Shown: one piece after another, positions 27,175-32,000 of the stretch
Position numbering within the stretch: the stretch's first letter is position 1
How the letters are laid out: every line of letters starts with the position of its first letter
Assembly: GCA_016699265.1 (NCBI GenBank)
Contig: CP064967.1
Coordinates: forward strand, 270,001-302,000
Length of the DNA: 32,000 nt
Direction of reading: 5' to 3'
Source of the DNA: Candidatus Saccharimonadota bacterium
GTDB lineage: Bacteria > Patescibacteriota > Microgenomatia > UBA1406 > GWC2-37-13
The notes under the pieces: generated by a model
The model's input: the letters and a program-made list of their open reading frames with translations, nothing else
What the model was told of the DNA's origin: nothing
The model's database searches: none
Translations under genes and position numbers: made by a program

Positions 27175-27867
27175 TTAGTTTAATCCAAATACCTTTTCCC
27201 ATCTGCCGTTGGCAATAATGTCCTCAAGGTTATGAAAACTTTTGTTTATGCGGTGATCGGTAAGGCGATTTTGGGGAAAGTTATATGTGCGAATTTTGTC
27301 TGAGCGCTCCCCCGTTCCGATATTTTGTACGTAGGACTGAGAGACTCCTCGTTCTCGTTCTTTTTCAAGTTGATATAACTTTCCAAGAAGCAATTCCATT
27401 GCAATTTCTCTATTTTGCATCTGTTGACGTTCGGTCTGAGCTGTGACTACGAGTCCCGTTGGTTTATGGGTAAGTCGGACCGCGGTCGCAACCTTATTCA
27501 CATTCTGACCACCGTGCCCACCCGCTCGGAAAAACTGCCACTCGAGCTCGCTTGGATTTATCTTGACCTCATAGGCGTTGATGTGAGGAAGGACAACGAT
27601 GATGCAGGTGGAGGTATGTATTCTTCCTTTCCTTTCAGTATCAGGAACCCGTTGAACTCGATGAACTCCGGTTTCATTTTTAAATAAATTAAAAACATTT
27701 TCACCCTTTACTCTGATTACATCTTCCTCAATGTAGTTGTACTTAAATCCGTGACGTTCTGCAAAGCGGATGTAAGAAAGCAGTAGCTCCTTCATCCAAA
27801 GCTTAGATTCATCTCCTCCTACACCAGGAACTGCTTCGATAATAACAATGTTTGGATTGACGTTCAT
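27175..27867 (-). CDS. prfA: Class I peptide chain release factor, RF1-like, lacking N-terminal domain 1
   Basis: 230 aa with the GGQ motif ([13 protein letters not shown]). The decoding region [19 protein letters not shown] parallels RF1 HRVQRVPATESQGRIHTSA (PxT type, not the SPF of RF2). The protein starts at the equivalent of the ...AGTGGDEA... segment ([13 protein letters not shown]). Confidence 0.75.
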   Translation of the reverse strand: MNVNPNIVIIEAVPGVGGDESKLWMKELLLSYIRFAERHGFKYNYIEEDVIRVKGENVFNLFKNETGVHRVQRVPDTERKGRIHTSTCIIVVLPHINAYEVKINPSELEWQFFRAGGHGGQNVNKVATAVRLTHKPTGLVVTAQTERQQMQNREIAMELLLGKLYQLEKERERGVSQSYVQNIGTGERSDKIRTYNFPQNRLTDHRINKSFHNLEDIIANGRWEKVFGLN

Positions 27868-27936
27868 ATGGATAATTTCTAAGTGCTCTAATTTCTAATT
27901 GACCTAAAGTATTTGTAATTGGGATTTGTTTAAAAT

Positions 27937-27965
27937 AATTAGAAATTAGATTAATTAGGTCAATT
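27937..27965. repeat. 29-nt AATTAG-rich repeat (28/29 identical to 22582-22610), overlapping the last codons and stop of hisS
   Basis: aattagaaattagattaattaggtcaatt. Its first 13 nt form a perfect inverted repeat with 27888-27900 (ctaatttctaatt). Confidence 0.85.
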
Positions 27966-29175
27966 TTTTTAGTAGATCATCTTTTGAAACCGTTGTTTGT
28001 TCCTTGGTTTTCATGTCTTTTAGTTTGTAAATATTTTTCTCAACCTCTTCTGGGCCGATTATTAAAACATAAGGAATGTTGTTTCTATCGGCATACTTAA
28101 GTTGCTTCTCAAGTTTTTTTTCGGTTTCTGGATAGAGCTCAACGAAGACGTTTGCCTTTCGTAGCACAGATGTGATTTCGATCGAAGCGCCCAGTGTCTT
28201 CTGGTCAAAAACCGTAACTAGAACCTTAGTAGATTTTGTTGACAGTTCTGGTAATAATTTTTTTTCTTCTAAAAACTCCTGTAGCACTATATCGGATACC
28301 GCAAATCCTACTCCAGTTATTTGGGCGGTCTTATTGAACTTGGAGATGAGGTTGTCATACCTTCCTCCACCAAGAATCGCTCTTCTAAGCTCGCCTTTAT
28401 CTCTTACCTCAAAAACCAATCCAGTGTAGTAGTCTAGTCCCCGAACAGTTTTGAGGTCGACTTTGAAAAATTGATCTATTCCATAACTCTTTAAGACTGC
28501 AAATAACGAAGAGAAGTATTCATCATCTGAGATTACAACTTCTGTTTCAATTAATTTTTTGACCTCCGGAGAAATGCTCTGCTCGCCCTTATCCATACGG
28601 TCAATCTTTTGTAGCGTTTCGGTTAGCGCATATTCATTAATTCCTATTTCATCTAATTCTCGCTTCATGAAAGAGCGGGAGTTAAGAAATACCGTAAAGT
28701 CCTTTTCAGTAGCACCTAAAGATTTTAAAATATTGACCACCGCTAGAAGTACCTCTGCGTCAGATAAGACTGATGTGCTTCCGAGAAGATCGAAGTCCAT
28801 CTGGCAAAACTCCCTACTTCTCCCTTTTTGTGGTGCTTCATAGCGGAAGCGAGGTCCGATATTAAAGTATCTAAGTGGAAAAATTAGTTCATTTGATTTG
28901 GCGGCGACCATGCGGGCCAATGTGGGAGTCATTTCTGGTCGCAAAATCCATTGATCGTCTTTATCACGTGGCTTAATTTGAAATGTCTGCTTCTCAAGTA
29001 GCTCTTCAGAACTTTTATCAGCATACAAAGAGACCGGTTCCACGATTGGGCCGTCATATTCTTCATATCCGAGTTGTTTTGCTACCTCTCGAACCTTAGA
29101 AAAAATATACTGCTGCTGTGCTTTTTGAGCAGGATATTGATCCTTAAATCCTCGAAGAGCTTGCTGTGATGCCAT
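27955..29175 (-). CDS. hisS: Histidine--tRNA ligase
   Basis: LRGFKDQYP, WILRPEMTPTLARMV, FRYEAPQKGRSREFCQMDFD and GGGRYDNL class II HisRS motifs. Confidence 0.93.
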   Translation of the reverse strand: MASQQALRGFKDQYPAQKAQQQYIFSKVREVAKQLGYEEYDGPIVEPVSLYADKSSEELLEKQTFQIKPRDKDDQWILRPEMTPTLARMVAAKSNELIFPLRYFNIGPRFRYEAPQKGRSREFCQMDFDLLGSTSVLSDAEVLLAVVNILKSLGATEKDFTVFLNSRSFMKRELDEIGINEYALTETLQKIDRMDKGEQSISPEVKKLIETEVVISDDEYFSSLFAVLKSYGIDQFFKVDLKTVRGLDYYTGLVFEVRDKGELRRAILGGGRYDNLISKFNKTAQITGVGFAVSDIVLQEFLEEKKLLPELSTKSTKVLVTVFDQKTLGASIEITSVLRKANVFVELYPETEKKLEKQLKYADRNNIPYVLIIGPEEVEKNIYKLKDMKTKEQTTVSKDDLLKKLT

Positions 29176-29215
29176 ACGAGATAATTATATCACTACGGGA
29201 GAGGACTTAACGAGC

Positions 29216-30478
29216 TTATTGGAGGGCAATTTCAACGGCTTTGTCGAGTTGGGAGTCTGATTCTCGTGTAAGAGTATTTCCCTGAGTAACTTTATTTTCT
29301 ACTATAAATTTGGGTATTATTCCTTTGCCATGTATCCAGTCCCCATTCGGAAGAATCCATTTTGCAATTGTGACATGAAGTCCTGCTCCACCTTTTACAT
29401 CGAGAGCTTCCTGTACCGACCCTTTTCCAAAGGACTTTGTTCCCACAAGTTGAGCTCGTTTATGATCACGAAGCGCACCTGAAAATATCTCTGAGGCAGA
29501 GGCCGATCCTTGATTTACTAACATCGAAACCGGTATATCTAATAGTTTTCCCTCCCTCTCTACAGTATATGTGCGATTGGGATTGACCGTTGACTCTTGC
29601 TTTACCACGACCTTGCCAACAGGGAGAAACTCTGATGATAGGTAGACTGCACTGTCTAGGAAGCCTCCTGGATTGTCTCTGAGATCCACAACTAACCCAC
29701 TAATAGTTTTATTATTCCATTCCTCAGCTACTTGATCGACCGCTTTGTTCCAACCTTCGTTCGTATTCTCTCCAAACTGCGTAATTTTTATAACCGCAAC
29801 CTTCTTACACTCAGTTCTGCAGGAGTTGAGAGTTGTATGCGAAAGTTCGACTGCCTCAACTTTTATTTCATCGCGTATGATAGAAAAAGTTAATTCTTGA
29901 GGTGAAGGTGGTCGAACTACCGTTATTGAAACTTTAGTTCCCTTTGTGCCTCTGATCTTCGATACAGTGAACTGTAGCGTCCAGTCCTTAGCAACCTTAC
30001 CATCAACTTTCTGAATATAATCACCGGCGCGAATCCCCGCCTTTTCTGCAGGTGAACCCTTGATGGGAGCAATGACTATTATTCGACCATTTTTTAGACC
30101 AAGCGACGCACCAATTCCCTCGAATCTTCCCCCAAGTTCAGACTTCATTGCCTTGTTGTCATCTGGCGTCAGAAAGTAAGTGTAAGGATCGCCAACCGAC
30201 GCAACCATTCCTTTGAGAGCTCCGTAGAACATTTTTTGTGGATCAAGTAACTTCTTGTCTACATACTTTTTATTCATCATCTCCATTACTTGCCAGTACA
30301 GTTCAAAGTCAAATTTGGCTTTTTTCGCATTATCTGTGTTTATGTTTACGAGATCTAGATATTTGCCTGAGACGCTTGAGGAGGAAGAGCTGAGTTCACC
30401 CAACTTAAAACCACTGCCAAAAAGAAGAATGGCAATCGCAAGGCCAGAGATGATACTGGTGATATTTGTCTTATTCAT
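29216..30478 (-). CDS. S41-family carboxy-terminal processing peptidase with PDZ domain
   Basis: Trimmed to MNKTNITSIISGLAIAILLF (signal anchor). It has a PDZ domain (GSPAEKAGIRAGDYIQKVDG), the catalytic region LVNQGSASASEIFSGAL and KSFGKGSVQ. Confidence 0.88.
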   Translation of the reverse strand: MNKTNITSIISGLAIAILLFGSGFKLGELSSSSSSVSGKYLDLVNINTDNAKKAKFDFELYWQVMEMMNKKYVDKKLLDPQKMFYGALKGMVASVGDPYTYFLTPDDNKAMKSELGGRFEGIGASLGLKNGRIIVIAPIKGSPAEKAGIRAGDYIQKVDGKVAKDWTLQFTVSKIRGTKGTKVSITVVRPPSPQELTFSIIRDEIKVEAVELSHTTLNSCRTECKKVAVIKITQFGENTNEGWNKAVDQVAEEWNNKTISGLVVDLRDNPGGFLDSAVYLSSEFLPVGKVVVKQESTVNPNRTYTVEREGKLLDIPVSMLVNQGSASASEIFSGALRDHKRAQLVGTKSFGKGSVQEALDVKGGAGLHVTIAKWILPNGDWIHGKGIIPKFIVENKVTQGNTLTRESDSQLDKAVEIALQ

Positions 30479-30570
30479 AGTTCGAAATTTGGAATTTGAA
30501 GTCAATTTGAAAAGTTTAAAAAAATAAGAAATTTGAACTTGAATAAAAACTAAAAAATTCAATATAAAAA

Positions 30571-31296
30571 TTACTCAACGTCGTAGAGATACATTGTACA
30601 GTTTTTTTTATCGACGATGCAATGGGTATGTTTAGATGATTTAACCTCGGCCCACGAATCCTTATCCTCTAACTCAGCTGAGTTGACACCTTCCTTCTCT
30701 GTAATATCATTTTTGGTCACAATACCTCTTACGCCAAGTACATCAAGTCTCACTGCCTCAGCAGGTCTTATTGATTCCGTAAAGACCACCTTATTTACAA
30801 GGTCTCCTTCGGTTAGATCAGATAAATGTTGCTCATCGCAGAACATAAGTTCACCACCAAAATCTCCGACTACGTCCTTTATTTTATATTTATCGGAGGA
30901 TCTAACTTCAAGTAATATATCTGAGTCCTTTACCTCCTTGACGATACCGACAAAGTAACAGGATAATACATTCAAGGATTCGGAAAGTGTTTCGATAATT
31001 AATGACCCAGTCTCATGATCAATAAGTTTGATTACTCCCGATTTAGGTGATGCAATCTGTTTTATTCCGAAGGTTGATTTTTTTGTTGCGAGTATTTCAT
31101 TCGCTTCCACCGTGTCCCCGACGATTTTTGCAAGGTGCATAAATATCTTATCGTTTGGTATACCAAGCTCCTCCGCTATTTCCAGACGGAAGCCTTCGCG
31201 TGCTGCAGATCGTAATAAAGGTGTTGAAAAATCAACGTTCTGCCCCGAAGTAAGCTGGAGAGTTCCTGGTACTGAAATAGTGAAGGTGATTGTCAT
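30571..31296 (-). CDS. Hypothetical protein (241 aa), no confident family assignment
   Basis: Long intact ORF in operon context. The only weak hint is a barrel-sandwich-like stretch: VGDTVEANEILATKKSTFGIKQIASPKSGVIKLI. Confidence 0.6.
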   Translation of the reverse strand: MTITFTISVPGTLQLTSGQNVDFSTPLLRSAAREGFRLEIAEELGIPNDKIFMHLAKIVGDTVEANEILATKKSTFGIKQIASPKSGVIKLIDHETGSLIIETLSESLNVLSCYFVGIVKEVKDSDILLEVRSSDKYKIKDVVGDFGGELMFCDEQHLSDLTEGDLVNKVVFTESIRPAEAVRLDVLGVRGIVTKNDITEKEGVNSAELEDKDSWAEVKSSKHTHCIVDKKNCTMYLYDVE

Positions 31297-31433
31297 ATGA
31301 TTATTATAATGGATTTAACATTTATCGTTGCTATTGCGCATTAGTTAAGACAGCGAGAGGTTGAGTTGAGGAGCGGAATAAAATATGGATGATATAAAAT
31401 AAGAAATAGAAAATAAGAAATAAGAAATATTTC

Positions 31434-31640
31434 TTAAGCTCCGTGGTATGAGATGTATGGAAGCAGTCCTAAGAACTGAGCGTACTTAACGTGCTTAGTA
31501 AGCATTCTTTGATGACCCGCACAAATTCCTGAGATCTCGCGGGATGCAATTTTTTTTCTCGCAGATAAAAACTTCTGAAGGTTTTCAGTCTCTAGAAAAT
31601 TAGGATCTGTTCCGAATTGGCAAAAAAAACATTTGTGCAT
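31434..31640 (-). CDS. rpsR: 30S ribosomal protein S18
   Basis: CFFC...DPNFLETENLQKFLSARKKIASREISGICAGHQRMLTKHVKYAQFLGLLPY matches the bS18 consensus. Confidence 0.9.
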   Translation of the reverse strand: MHKCFFCQFGTDPNFLETENLQKFLSARKKIASREISGICAGHQRMLTKHVKYAQFLGLLPYISYHGA

Positions 31641-31730
31641 ATCTTGGTTAATTGCTCTAAGTGCGCTAATTATTCTAATTTCTAAATAATTCCCAAGCTT
31701 CTAATTCGAAGCGTTTTGGAAATTGGTATT

Positions 31731-31755
31731 TGTTTAGGTTAATTAGGTTAATTAG
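31731..31755. repeat. 25-nt intergenic repeat module (24/25 to the reverse complement of 22526-22550)
   Basis: tgtttaggttaattaggttaattag, in the ssb-rpsR spacer. Confidence 0.85.
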
Positions 31756-31767
31756 AAATTTGTAATT

Positions 31768-32000
31768 TTAAAATGGTATGTCGTCTGGATTAATAACCTC
31801 GGACTTCGAACTTGAGACTTCCTTTTCACTTACTACATCTTCCTCGTCCATCTTTGACGAGACTCCTGCTGGTTCATGTGCATGATCGGCTGTTGGTGTC
31901 ACCGTTTCCTCATGTTCGTGTTCAGTCTCTCCAGCGGCCTTTGCGCTACTGAAGACAATGAAATCATCCATGATGATCTCCGTTATGCTCTTTTGCTGTC
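31768..32000 (-). CDS. ssb: Single-stranded DNA-binding protein, C-terminal part (5' end off window)
   Basis: It ends in the canonical acidic tip ...NPDDIPF. The frame stays open to position 32000 (..QQKSITEIIMDDFIVF), and the ssb-rpsR order is the conserved one. Confidence 0.8.
   Translation of the reverse strand, partial: QQKSITEIIMDDFIVFSSAKAAGETEHEHEETVTPTADHAHEPAGVSSKMDEEDVVSEKEVSSSKSEVINPDDIPF

Overview
AT-rich, very gene-dense bacterial window. It is almost entirely minus-strand coding; only two TPR/GT-C genes and lepA are on the plus strand. The left half (1-16.3 kb) is a cell-surface glycan/glycosylation island. It holds thiolase and 3-hydroxyacyl-CoA dehydrogenase, an FdtA/WxcM-like cupin, a DegT aminotransferase, a ColD-like 3-dehydratase and four GT2 enzymes (one Dpm1/GtrB-like). 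It also holds a MOP flippase, two tandem TPR-fused GT-C membrane enzymes, a B12-binding radical SAM enzyme, an FTR1 iron permease and a small ferredoxin. The right half (16.4-32 kb) is housekeeping: lepA, miaA, folD, gyrA, ppa, gyrB, rplL, rplJ, rpmE, a Nudix hydrolase, a domain-1-less RF1-like release factor, hisS, an S41 peptidase, a hypothetical protein, rpsR and ssb (partial). At least nine genes, including essential gyrB and rplJ, are interrupted by 1-nt frameshifts at short A/T homopolymers. I read most of these as sequence-quality artefacts rather than real pseudogenes. I saw no CRISPR array, transposase, integrase, phage gene, recognisable defence or toxin gene, rRNA or tRNA. Compact spacers, overlapping genes and the minimal release factor fit a small-genome, possibly Patescibacteria/CPR-like organism, but that is inference only. 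I found no clear novel system. The most system-like candidate is the lipid-linked glycosylation module: TPR-GT-C pair, polyprenyl-phosphate sugar synthase, flippase and unusual NDP-sugar tailoring. Several conserved AT-rich intergenic repeat modules are also unexplained.
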